A stretch of DNA of 62,608 nucleotides, the filler included. It is 5 parts of 5 records of this genome, joined end to end, with 100 filler letters (N's around TTAATTAATTAA, not from the genome) between each part and the next. Parts side by side here need not be neighbours in the genome. Positions count along the whole stretch, not along the records: positions 8,510 to 29,823 come from SRR31156797_4217; positions 29,924 to 37,718 come from SRR31156797_4219; positions 37,819 to 56,952 come from SRR31156797_4224; 2 more parts are not named here. One strand, 5' to 3'. Below the pieces are notes generated by a model. That model was given only the letters and a program-made list of their open reading frames with translations, did no database searches and was not told the DNA's origin. Shown here in pieces: positions 29,735 to 38,686 of the stretch (position 1 is the first letter of the stretch; every line of letters begins with the position of its first letter). The translations under genes were made by a program, and so were the position numbers.

Positions 29735-29823
29735 ATGCCTACTATAAACCAATTAGTTAAAAAAGGAAGAAAAGATCTTGAGAAAAAGAAAGTTTCTCCT
29801 GCTTTACAAGGAAATCCACAAAA
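29735..29823 (+). CDS. rpsL: 30S ribosomal protein S12, 5' fragment (not in ORF track; cut by contig end)
   Basis: Translates [38 protein letters not shown]. Confidence 0.95.
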
Positions 29824-29923
29824 NNNNNNNNNNNNNNNNNNNNNNNNNNNNNNNNNNNNNNNNNNNNTTAATTAATTAANNNNNNNNNNNNNNNNNNNNN
29901 NNNNNNNNNNNNNNNNNNNNNNN
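29824..29923. other. Artificial contig linker
   Basis: N-run/TTAATTAATTAA/N-run. Confidence 0.98.
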
Positions 29924-29961
29924 AATCTGTAACGGTTATTTAGGACTAGTCACACAATCTC

Positions 29962-31233
29962 CTACTTTTTCTTAAATGGGCGAATTAATACACGCAAGGA
30001 TTGATCCCTTGAGAAATAACTTTGTGCCCAGTTGATAAATATAAATAACCTGTTTTTTACCCCGACAATGGCCATCAGGTGAACCATTAACCATAAAAAC
30101 CAGGCAATAACTCCAGAGAAACTTAAACCAGGTAAATCAACCACTGCCATGTTTCGACCAATTGTGGCCATCGCTCCTTTGTTTTTATACTCAAAAACGA
30201 ACTCTTTATTTTTCTTTAAACCTTTTGCCAGCAATACCGCCTGCTGAATAGCTACCTGCGCCACCTGAGGATGCCCGTTTGGATAACTCTCAGTTTCCAT
30301 ATAAGCGGTATCTCCTAAAGCATAAACATTCGGCAGTCCTTTAATTTTATTTGATCTGTCTACGGCTAAACGGTTGCCTCTTACATAATGCTCTTCCGGA
30401 ATTCCTTTGATACGCTTGGCTCCAACCCCGGCTGTCCAAACAAAGTTTTGCACTTTGTATTGTGTACCATCCTGCAAAGTCATGTTTTCACCATCATAAT
30501 CTTTGATCATTGTATTTAAATGGACCTCAACGCCAAGTTTCTGTAAAAACTTTAAAGCATCCTCACCAGCTTTATCACTCATTCCGTTTAATAAACGCGG
30601 AGAAGCTTCATATAATCGAATTTTCATTCTCTTAAAATCCAGCTCAGGATAATCTTTTTGCAAAACGTAATTCTTCAACTCTGCAATAGCTCCGGAAAGC
30701 TCCACTCCTGTTGGACCACCTCCTACAATAACCACAGATAATAATTTGGCCTGTTCTTTTCTATCGTCAGTTAAAATAGCGTCCTCAAAACTTTCCAGAA
30801 TACGATTTCGAAGGTTAATGGCCTGCGCCGTTGATTTCATCGAAATACTATATTTTTCAATATTCTCGTTCCCAAAGTAGTTGGTATCTACACCTGTGGC
30901 TATAATTAGTTTATCATAGCTCATTTCTCCCGCCTTGGTTAATATTTTTTTCTCATTGGGGAAAACTTCCAGTAATTCTGTATTTCGGAAATGAAGGTTG
31001 TGGTGCTGATGAAATGCTTTTCGTACCGGGAAGGAAATATTACTTGGCTCAAGTCCGGATGTTGCCACCTGATAGAATAGTGGTTGAAACTGGTGAAAAT
31101 TTCTTTTGTCAATCATGACCACCTGGTAAGGTGAATCTGCCAGATTTCGGGCCAGCTTAAGCCCTGCAAAACCTGCCCCAATAATAACCACTCTTTTTTT
31201 GCCATTATCCGGCAAATTAAAACTGTTTTTCAT
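29962..31233 (-). CDS. ndh: Type II NADH:quinone oxidoreductase (NDH-2); ORF track start 31272, likely start 31233
   Basis: GAGFAG, FQPLFYQVAT, GGGPTGVELSG, YALGD, PQVAQVAIQQ, KGAMATIGR. Confidence 0.92.
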   Translation of the reverse strand: MKNSFNLPDNGKKRVVIIGAGFAGLKLARNLADSPYQVVMIDKRNFHQFQPLFYQVATSGLEPSNISFPVRKAFHQHHNLHFRNTELLEVFPNEKKILTKAGEMSYDKLIIATGVDTNYFGNENIEKYSISMKSTAQAINLRNRILESFEDAILTDDRKEQAKLLSVVIVGGGPTGVELSGAIAELKNYVLQKDYPELDFKRMKIRLYEASPRLLNGMSDKAGEDALKFLQKLGVEVHLNTMIKDYDGENMTLQDGTQYKVQNFVWTAGVGAKRIKGIPEEHYVRGNRLAVDRSNKIKGLPNVYALGDTAYMETESYPNGHPQVAQVAIQQAVLLAKGLKKNKEFVFEYKNKGAMATIGRNMAVVDLPGLSFSGVIAWFLWLMVHLMAIVGVKNRLFIFINWAQSYFSRDQSLRVLIRPFKKK

Positions 31234-31365
31234 GTGTCTAAAGTTGTTTTTAAGCCACATGGAACTCGCCATTTTCTATATTCAAATTATGAGAAAAACT
31301 TTCTCACGGCTCGTTTCATGCCCTAAAATATTGTCTGTGCTTCTTCTTAAAAGCAAAGTAACTTC

Positions 31366-31410
31366 TAATTAAAGAAATTGTTCGTTAATTAGAGAAATTT
31401 TTCGTTAATT
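31366..31410. repeat. Imperfect 20-bp tandem direct repeat upstream of ndh
   Basis: TAATTAAAGAAATTGTTCGT / TAATTAGAGAAATTTTTCGT / TAATT. Confidence 0.6.
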
Positions 31411-31441
31411 AACGTTAACACAGTACTAGAAGGGCTACATC

Positions 31442-34400
31442 TTAAAATGTAAACGACATGCTAAAGCTTAAATAATCACCTTCTTCGGTGAAAGAATAAT
31501 AAGGTTGCAGAATAAAAAGTTTCAGCACATCCATCCAGATTCCCAAGGTATGACTACTGTGCCAACGATTAGAATTTTCGCCATCGAGCCAAACCCGGCC
31601 AATATCGTAGCCTCCAATTATACCCACATCCATTGGCACATAGGCATTATCCCAGTCTACAAGGTGCATTCGAACATCCGAATTGTTAAAAAGAATGGCT
31701 TCTCCCCTAAAACGATTGTTTCTGAAACCTCGCAAATGGGTTCTGTTACCCAAACTAGGATATTGATAAAACTGTGCTTCACCTTCCATTAATTCATAAC
31801 CCGAAGCATTTGCCAATACCACTTTGGGGTAATTGGTGAGCGTTAAATACAAACTTGCGCCAGATTCCAGATGCCAAAAACTGCGCTTGCTGGAAAGTTC
31901 GCTCATATAGTTATAACCTAAAAACCACTTAAAACCCGAAGATGGGTTATTTTCTCTATCTACAGAACTAATACTGTATTTAAAAGAGGCACCTGCAAAA
32001 TGCTTTCGATCCAGTTCCTCATCTGTAAAACCAATCAGCGGATCTTCCGCCACTCTTCCCCGGTTGTTCTCAATACGTACCGTTTCATAAACGGGCCCCC
32101 AAACAAAGCTACGCCTTTCATTTCGGCTATACCAACCCCACAAGGGTGATACTTTTATTGATCGCTTCCTGACCCAATTATACTCCTTAGGCAAGTGATA
32201 ATTTGTTGATTCATTGCCATAACCAAAGAAGTTTTCGATTAATGGATAATCCACATTAAAGTCAGGCATAAAATCCAGCTTTCCAATTACATCTGTATAA
32301 CGACCTGAATAACCAATGGTAAAGGCATCCTCGCTTCCGGGTGCAAAAGTAGAATAGGCTTTATGTTTTGATTTAAATGGATCTTTTCTCCAGCCATGTA
32401 GTGTCCAGGTATGAGAAGCACCAATCCATACTCCATCATCTTTGGTATAACCAAATTTTAACATGGGCAGTCCACTATTGTATTTAAAGGCTTCTCTTTC
32501 GTATTCGTTAATGTCGATTTCATCAGAAGTTTTATCCTTTAATGCACCTTCTGTCTTTGCACCATCTATCTGGTCATATATGACAACTTTTCCGGAATTA
32601 GAGGTATTTTCCACCTTATCTTTATCTTCTCCACCAATAATTCGGACTTTAATTTTAGGATGTTTCTCACCAGAAATCACAAACTCATCTTTTCCTCTTA
32701 AACCATATAAGCGAATTTCCTTAGTCTCATCAGGATAAAATACCCTTTTTAACTTGACGATATCTCCTTTCTTTTTACGGGGGATAAGAAAAGTAATACG
32801 AACGCAGCCATCATCGCAATTTTCTATATAAAACACATCATCATCATCGGTTCCGGATATTTCTACTTCCCGTGAGATAAATGTATACCATTTTCGGGCA
32901 ATGCTTCGCAGATTATCTCTGCGTGATTTTAACAGCCTAACCAGGTCTTTATTTTGTTCTCTTACTTCCTCGGGCAAACCATTAATTGAAGCTTCAATAA
33001 CTTCGTCGCTTAATGCAGCCTGCATACCTGCCACAATATTTTCCCATTCTTTCCATTCTAATCCATTTAAAAAGTATCTGTCGAAATAACGCGCATTAAA
33101 AGCCAGGCTCTTCACATCTTTCACATCCTCTTTCATGGTTTTAAATTTCTTGATGATAAAGGCTGAGGCATACCAGGGAATAATACCTTCGAACTTATAA
33201 AATGCCTGATCTCTATCGCGAGGAATGGGTCGATAAATGGTTTTATCTTCTTCTTCAAAAGTAGCCCATCTCCATTGGTCGTCATGCCTATCCCAATCGT
33301 GCACCCACATATCAAACAGACGGGATTTTAATACCCATTTTTGATCTACAAAATGCGTTTTCTTTTCCTGCAAGTTCAATAATAAATCCGTATAGCCTAT
33401 AATGTTGTCGCAATTGCCAAAATAGTCAGCTTCGCTCCAGTCGCCATCGGGTCGCTGTTCCAGCAGATATAATTCCTCAGGAAAGAAAGCATTGTAATTT
33501 CCTAATCCTTTTTGATGCTTTAAATACACCAACTCCGGTTGTGTGGCATAAATACCAACAGCCTTGGAAAGTGAAGGAAGCATCAATGCCCCGTAGGGAT
33601 GACTGGCACTGTTTTGATCCTTTAAAATATCCATGGCTTTAAGGTTGCTAAAACGCTCATCTACCAATTTGGTATAATCTTTTTTAATGGATCGGAGAAT
33701 ATATTCTTTACCATCTTTGGCTTCTAAACGCAATGAGTTGGACGACATGCCTCCTCCTTTTTTCACCGGTTTTAAACCGCCTAGTTTCGTTTCCAGGTCA
33801 ATCATAGGCACTTTTACAGGGGTCGCCCAAATATCGCGATATTGCTTACCCAGCCATATCTGTTTTCCTTTCCCGGCTTTAAACAAAGGATTAGCTGCAA
33901 CAATGGTATCTTTTTCCTGAATTGATGGAAATTCCTTTTTTAAAACAGAAACTGTTCCGGCTTTGGGTTTTCTTAGTTGTTTACGAAATGCCAGCTGTGC
34001 TTCATTCTCAAACCCGTCAATGGTATAAAACTCAACCCATGCTTCATTGTTTTTATAAAACATCAACTTGGCATAACCTCGTGCATTGCGTACAAAACCA
34101 GCATCGCCTCCGCGGGCTGCATACGATTGGCGACTTCCCGATCCGCTGATAATAAATCGTAAATCACCTTCTTCGAAGTACTGCAAGTTATGATCATGTC
34201 CTGAGGTAAAAATCATATTCACTTCAAGGTCGTGAGCAATTTTTAAAATTCCGTCAATGAGCTCCTGATAGTTTTTGTGGCTGATGTCCTGAATTGATCC
34301 TGTTGTTTGTCTGAAAATAGGATAAGCTGATCCTATAAAAGGAAGCGGAATCCATAAATTATGGACCTGATGTAAGGGGAACAAGTGATGCTGAAACCCA

Positions 34401-35143
34401 AATTTACCGCCATGCATGCCATTGCTTTTAATGGGATGATGCATCAACATGACTACTTCATCATTCTTGTGCTCCATTAAAATTTCTTCGAGCTTGCGCA
34501 ACAATTCAGCACGCGATTTAACAGAACAGCCTTTGTTCATCTTTTTTTCATCGTCCCAGTTCTGCAACCACCATTGTGTATCTAAAAATACATACACGAG
34601 GTCCTTATTTACTTTTATCACCTTGGGATCACCGCATCCTTGCCCGGGATATAACTTCACCTTTTTGTCGAACTCATCATTAAAATAAGATTCGATATAT
34701 TTTTCCTGTCTTTCAATCGCTTTTAGACCACCTTTTCTTCCTTTTTTCCAATCGTGATTACCCGGAATAAAATATGTATTGCCACTGCACGATCTGGCTA
34801 ACTCAAGTGAAGCATTGATTTTCTTCTCCATTAAGGCTCTGCTCTTTTTCTTTTTAGCAGGTAAGCCTTGTGGGTATAAGTTATCTCCCAAAAACACTAA
34901 AGTACTTGGGTTTTGTGTATTTAAAAGATCTTTATCTACCGCATCCAAAACAAAGTTTTTTCCTTTGTTGATGTCGTCCAAATCGCCGGCATCTCCCACT
35001 AAAAACAAGGTATGCTCAGGAGCTTTATCAGGTAATTTGGCTTTGCCCCATTTTAAATCTTCGGGGCCCAAATAAGCCGCTCGGTAGGTTCCACATCCCC
35101 ACAATAAGAGCATAAAAATAAATGGCCATATCTTTTTCATCAT
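31442..35143 (-). CDS. Lipoprotein: purple-acid-phosphatase-type metallophosphoesterase + atypical kinase-like domain + C-terminal Omp85/BamA-type barrel
   Basis: Lipobox LWGC; GDAG, GDNLY, GNHD, MHHP, GHDH; DWDRHDDQW and PRDRDQAF; LRGFRNNRF and terminal Phe. Confidence 0.8.
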   Translation of the reverse strand: MMKKIWPFIFMLLLWGCGTYRAAYLGPEDLKWGKAKLPDKAPEHTLFLVGDAGDLDDINKGKNFVLDAVDKDLLNTQNPSTLVFLGDNLYPQGLPAKKKKSRALMEKKINASLELARSCSGNTYFIPGNHDWKKGRKGGLKAIERQEKYIESYFNDEFDKKVKLYPGQGCGDPKVIKVNKDLVYVFLDTQWWLQNWDDEKKMNKGCSVKSRAELLRKLEEILMEHKNDEVVMLMHHPIKSNGMHGGKFGFQHHLFPLHQVHNLWIPLPFIGSAYPIFRQTTGSIQDISHKNYQELIDGILKIAHDLEVNMIFTSGHDHNLQYFEEGDLRFIISGSGSRQSYAARGGDAGFVRNARGYAKLMFYKNNEAWVEFYTIDGFENEAQLAFRKQLRKPKAGTVSVLKKEFPSIQEKDTIVAANPLFKAGKGKQIWLGKQYRDIWATPVKVPMIDLETKLGGLKPVKKGGGMSSNSLRLEAKDGKEYILRSIKKDYTKLVDERFSNLKAMDILKDQNSASHPYGALMLPSLSKAVGIYATQPELVYLKHQKGLGNYNAFFPEELYLLEQRPDGDWSEADYFGNCDNIIGYTDLLLNLQEKKTHFVDQKWVLKSRLFDMWVHDWDRHDDQWRWATFEEEDKTIYRPIPRDRDQAFYKFEGIIPWYASAFIIKKFKTMKEDVKDVKSLAFNARYFDRYFLNGLEWKEWENIVAGMQAALSDEVIEASINGLPEEVREQNKDLVRLLKSRRDNLRSIARKWYTFISREVEISGTDDDDVFYIENCDDGCVRITFLIPRKKKGDIVKLKRVFYPDETKEIRLYGLRGKDEFVISGEKHPKIKVRIIGGEDKDKVENTSNSGKVVIYDQIDGAKTEGALKDKTSDEIDINEYEREAFKYNSGLPMLKFGYTKDDGVWIGASHTWTLHGWRKDPFKSKHKAYSTFAPGSEDAFTIGYSGRYTDVIGKLDFMPDFNVDYPLIENFFGYGNESTNYHLPKEYNWVRKRSIKVSPLWGWYSRNERRSFVWGPVYETVRIENNRGRVAEDPLIGFTDEELDRKHFAGASFKYSISSVDRENNPSSGFKWFLGYNYMSELSSKRSFWHLESGASLYLTLTNYPKVVLANASGYELMEGEAQFYQYPSLGNRTHLRGFRNNRFRGEAILFNNSDVRMHLVDWDNAYVPMDVGIIGGYDIGRVWLDGENSNRWHSSHTLGIWMDVLKLFILQPYYSFTEEGDYLSFSMSFTF

Positions 35144-36024
35144 GGTTCAATAGCTTTAAAAACGAATAGTTTTCCTTTATCTTTCTGACCTTCGGTACTA
35201 ATGCAAAGTGTTCCGTCCGGTTTAAAACAAATACCTTCGGGCTGTTGGATTTTAGCTTCATCCAGGAAAACAACTTCCTCCACTTGTAATTCTTGATTAA
35301 ACACCAACATTAAACTTCCTCTGGCTGATAACACATACAATTGCTTACTTATAGGGTGTTTGGCAATAGCCGATGGTGCAAATAACCTGGCTCGATCTTT
35401 TAATTTATCATTGGCATCATACTCATTTAAGAAATCTTTCAAATCGTCCCAATCAATAATTAAATACGGGGTTTTAATAAAGGATTTATCATCTAAATCA
35501 AAGGCATAAATGACTTTGTGATTTTTTTTACGGTCATTTTCGAGTGCTTTTTCTTTACAGGCCAAAAGTAACACCTGTGCGTCAGCATCAAAACCTAACC
35601 CTTCCACATCATTATCATAGGACAGTGGCGTATCATAACTGTCCTTGTCATCCGGAGTCAACTCAAATAATTTTCCATTGCTTTTTAATACCCAAATGGA
35701 ATTATTTACCAATTCAACACCTTCAAAATCCGCATCTTTATGAAACGGAATATCCTCCTTAATTTTCCCGTTTTTTCCATCTAACACAAATAATATCCCT
35801 TTTTCGTCATTAACCACAATCCATTCATTTCGCGGAGCATCAAAGGTGAGTCCTGATATTTCCACCAAATCGCTATGCAAGGTAAAAACTCTGGAAGGCT
35901 GATGATAGGCATATGTATTTCGTTCGGAAAATACATGTGTATCATATTTCTTTTTGCCATAAAACTGGCATGAAGCCAAAAGGAAAGTGACAATAAGCGA
36001 AAGGTAAATATTATTCATGCACAA
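35140..36024 (-). CDS. SdiA-regulated/YjiK-like beta-propeller lipoprotein
   Basis: Lipobox LASC; blade repeats EISGL, DFEGV, DVEGL, PSAI, QPEGI; 4-bp overlap with the downstream gene. Confidence 0.8.
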   Translation of the reverse strand: MCMNNIYLSLIVTFLLASCQFYGKKKYDTHVFSERNTYAYHQPSRVFTLHSDLVEISGLTFDAPRNEWIVVNDEKGILFVLDGKNGKIKEDIPFHKDADFEGVELVNNSIWVLKSNGKLFELTPDDKDSYDTPLSYDNDVEGLGFDADAQVLLLACKEKALENDRKKNHKVIYAFDLDDKSFIKTPYLIIDWDDLKDFLNEYDANDKLKDRARLFAPSAIAKHPISKQLYVLSARGSLMLVFNQELQVEEVVFLDEAKIQQPEGICFKPDGTLCISTEGQKDKGKLFVFKAIEP

Positions 36025-36138
36025 GTCTTTTTATGTAAGCTTTGGATACAAATTAAGCATAAAGTACCAAACCATCCAGTAAAATAAACGACGAACACAA
36101 ACAATTACAGCATAAAGCTGCAGAATACCTCTATCAAT

Positions 36139-37098
36139 TTACAGCAGCATCATTAACCACAAAGGAATGGTTAACAAGGAAACCATATGTGTTACCAATA
36201 CCGTTCCACTCATTAACTTTTGGTCGGCACCATATAGTTCTCCAATAACCAAACTGGCAATAGCATTTGGCATTACTGCAACAATAAGCATGACTTTTAA
36301 AAACGGATGATCCGGAAACAAAAGATAAAGCGCCCCAATACAAACAAGAGGAATGAGTACTAAACGGAAAAACGTAACCAACCAGATGTATTTATCTTTA
36401 AGATCACCAAATTTAATTTTTCCCATTCGTCCCCCTACCATAATCATAGAAATAGGAATGGTCGCCTGACCTATTTGCTCAATAGTTTTAAAAGAATAAT
36501 TCATCAAGATACTTTGTTCAATAAGGCGATCCATTGACCAATTAAAAACATAAAGAATACCAAGCACAAACAGCGAAAAATAGATACTCATTAAAGGCGG
36601 CGACAATAAGTGTTTTAGGTTTTTGATATCAAATTTACCTTCCTTTTTATTTAAGATAGACATCCCAATCGTCCATACTGTAATTTCTGCTCCTAAAGTA
36701 GACAGGATTAGCGCTGCCATGTGTTGCTCATCATAAAGCTTAGCGATAATTGCTAAAGGCAAAAAAGAATAATTATTAATGGACATTTGAAATAAGATAG
36801 ACTTTTTCTTTTGCAGATCTATCTTTTTAAAAAACCCCATATATACCAGGCCAATAAAATAACCAATGAGCATGGTTATAAATGAAGAAACTGGTAATTG
36901 CCAGGATTGAATAACGCCTTGTAGCGAATAACCACCAATAATAGAACTAAATATTAATGCTGGATAAAGTACCTTCACAATAATCTGACTCAGGTGCTTT
37001 AACACTGACTCAGGAACTACATTTTTACGGATAAGCAGGTATCCCGGAACCATCATTAAAAAAACCGAGAATACATTTATAAAGAGCGTTTGAAACAT
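36139..37098 (-). CDS. AEC (auxin efflux carrier) family transporter
   Basis: 10 TM; PALIF, NYSFLPLAI, SPPL, ATIPISMI, MPNA motifs. Confidence 0.88.
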   Translation of the reverse strand: MFQTLFINVFSVFLMMVPGYLLIRKNVVPESVLKHLSQIIVKVLYPALIFSSIIGGYSLQGVIQSWQLPVSSFITMLIGYFIGLVYMGFFKKIDLQKKKSILFQMSINNYSFLPLAIIAKLYDEQHMAALILSTLGAEITVWTIGMSILNKKEGKFDIKNLKHLLSPPLMSIYFSLFVLGILYVFNWSMDRLIEQSILMNYSFKTIEQIGQATIPISMIMVGGRMGKIKFGDLKDKYIWLVTFFRLVLIPLVCIGALYLLFPDHPFLKVMLIVAVMPNAIASLVIGELYGADQKLMSGTVLVTHMVSLLTIPLWLMMLL

Positions 37099-37263
37099 GG
37101 ACTATAATTTGGCCGCAAATTAGTCAATAATGCGGGGAATGCATAATATTAATTAAAGGTCGGTTAGTACGAATACTCATTTCTTCAAGTCCTGACAAAC
37201 GCAAAGAAGCTAGCGGTCCATATTTAAGTGTAAAAATGGATAAAATCATGTTACAGCCCAGCG

Positions 37264-37718
37264 TGTAATATTCTGAAATAGCTTGACACAAAAGTCAAGT
37301 AAAAATGAAAGAAAGTAAAGAAGCAATGTTGACGGATCACATGGAAGGTTTCCAGGATCGGGTTATAGATTATAACAAATTTGAAGTTAGCTTTCGTCGT
37401 TGGATAGTAAGTCAAATTGACGGAGGCCACATGAGTATTCAAGATATACGCGATCGTTTTCAGTTAAATAGAAGAAAGTACACAGATATTTTAAAACGTT
37501 GGCAAGAGCGCTATTCAGATGAATTACATTTATCTTTGTCTTTTATGAGTTCAAAGGAAAGAGCAGATAACAAGAAGCTTGAGCAACGCATTAAAGAGTT
37601 GGAAAAGCAGCTGGAGTACGCAAAGATGAAGGATGTGGCATTAAACACATTAATTGATATTGCTGAAAAAGAGCTAAAAATATCTATCAACCCGAGTTCG
37701 ATTCTAAAAAAGAGCTAA
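37264..37718 (+). mobile_element. Left end of an IS3-family-like element (IRL + orfA), truncated or interrupted near contig end
   Basis: Begins 5'-TGTAATATTCTGAAATAG; orfA 37305-37718 has an HTH region and leucine-zipper LEQRIKELEKQLE...LIDIAEKELKISI typical of Bacteroidota IS3 OrfA. Confidence 0.65.
37305..37718 (+). CDS. IS3-family transposase OrfA-like protein
   Basis: HTH + coiled coil; IDIAEKELKI motif. Confidence 0.65.
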   Translation: MKESKEAMLTDHMEGFQDRVIDYNKFEVSFRRWIVSQIDGGHMSIQDIRDRFQLNRRKYTDILKRWQERYSDELHLSLSFMSSKERADNKKLEQRIKELEKQLEYAKMKDVALNTLIDIAEKELKISINPSSILKKS

Positions 37719-37818
37719 NNNNNNNNNNNNNNNNNNNNNNNNNNNNNNNNNNNNNNNNNNNNTTAATTAATTAANNNNNNNNNNNNNNNNNNNNNNNNNN
37801 NNNNNNNNNNNNNNNNNN
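37719..37818. other. Artificial contig linker
   Basis: N-run/TTAATTAATTAA/N-run. Confidence 0.98.
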
Positions 37819-37874
37819 AGCTCGTCGGGCTCATAACCCGAAGGTCACAGGTTCAAATCCTGTTTCCGCAACCA
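37819..37874 (+). tRNA. Initiator tRNA-fMet (CAT), 5'-truncated
   Basis: Anticodon arm TCGGG-CTCATAA-CCCGA with three consecutive G-C pairs; T-arm GGTTCAAATCC; ends ACCA. Confidence 0.93.
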
Positions 37875-38026
37875 ATTTTCTTTTATATAACCCTATTCAA
37901 AATAAAAACTTCAAAAATACAAACCTCCAGTTTACGGTATTCCATACCTATTATTTAGAAATTTCATTCTTTAATTTTTATTGTTAAGTTTCAATTAATA
38001 ATTTTTATGTAAAATTCCAATGTTTA

Positions 38027-38043
38027 AATGACCGACGGTCATT
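38027..38043. promoter_or_regulatory. Probable TetR operator
   Basis: Perfect palindrome AATGACCG-A-CGGTCATT 21 bp upstream of the tetR start. Confidence 0.75.
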
Positions 38044-38064
38044 CATTATTAAAATAGGATTCTA

Positions 38065-38661
38065 ATGGCAATAATAGTTGATAAAACAAAAAAAAGAAAA
38101 GATATCGCTTCAGCATGTAAAAAGGTACTATTAAATAATGAAATCAAATGTGTGTCAATTTCTCAACTAACAAAAACTGCTGGAATAAGTAAGGGAAGTT
38201 TTTATGATTACTTTACTAATAAAGAGGATTTAATCTTTGAAGTGATAAATATGGCATTAGAAAAACATAATAAAGTAAAAGAAAATGCTTTAATTCAAGC
38301 TCAAACATATAGAGAGAAAATAAAAGTTTTTCTAAAAATATATTATACTGAAGATGAACATGATGCAAAGACATTATTTCTACAGTTTATGTCTGTATGC
38401 TTATCCCAACCTACACCTGAAATCATTGAGTACCAATCAAAAACTCATGAGCATTATTTTAACTGGCTTCGAAGATTATTTGAAGAAGGAATAAAAAAAG
38501 GTGAACTTAAACCAGAATCAATGAAACTGATCAGAGGGATATTCTTTTTTGGTAGTGGATTATTTATCTCAAATAGTGTTACTAATCTAAAGTTTGATGT
38601 TGAAGATGAAATTGATAAATTTGTCGATACATTATTTGATTTAATTGAAATAAAACAATAA
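38065..38661 (+). CDS. TetR/AcrR family regulator
   Basis: HTH SISQLTKTAGISKGSFYDYFTNKEDL. Confidence 0.93.
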   Translation: MAIIVDKTKKRKDIASACKKVLLNNEIKCVSISQLTKTAGISKGSFYDYFTNKEDLIFEVINMALEKHNKVKENALIQAQTYREKIKVFLKIYYTEDEHDAKTLFLQFMSVCLSQPTPEIIEYQSKTHEHYFNWLRRLFEEGIKKGELKPESMKLIRGIFFFGSGLFISNSVTNLKFDVEDEIDKFVDTLFDLIEIKQ

Positions 38662-38686
38662 AATAATAAAAAAGTAAGGAAAAAAA

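Noticed and set aside
29735..31272. rpsL apparently adjacent to ndh
   Set aside because: Separated by a contig linker; the two sides appear to come from different organisms
31505..35993. Numerous 60-100 aa alternative-frame ORFs within the large Bacteroidota genes (and similar short ORFs elsewhere in the track)
   Set aside because: They overlap well-supported genes, lack RBS or motifs, and are expected shadow ORFs
37264..37874. IS element inserted next to tRNA-fMet as an island boundary
   Set aside because: IS and tRNA lie on different contigs on either side of a linker
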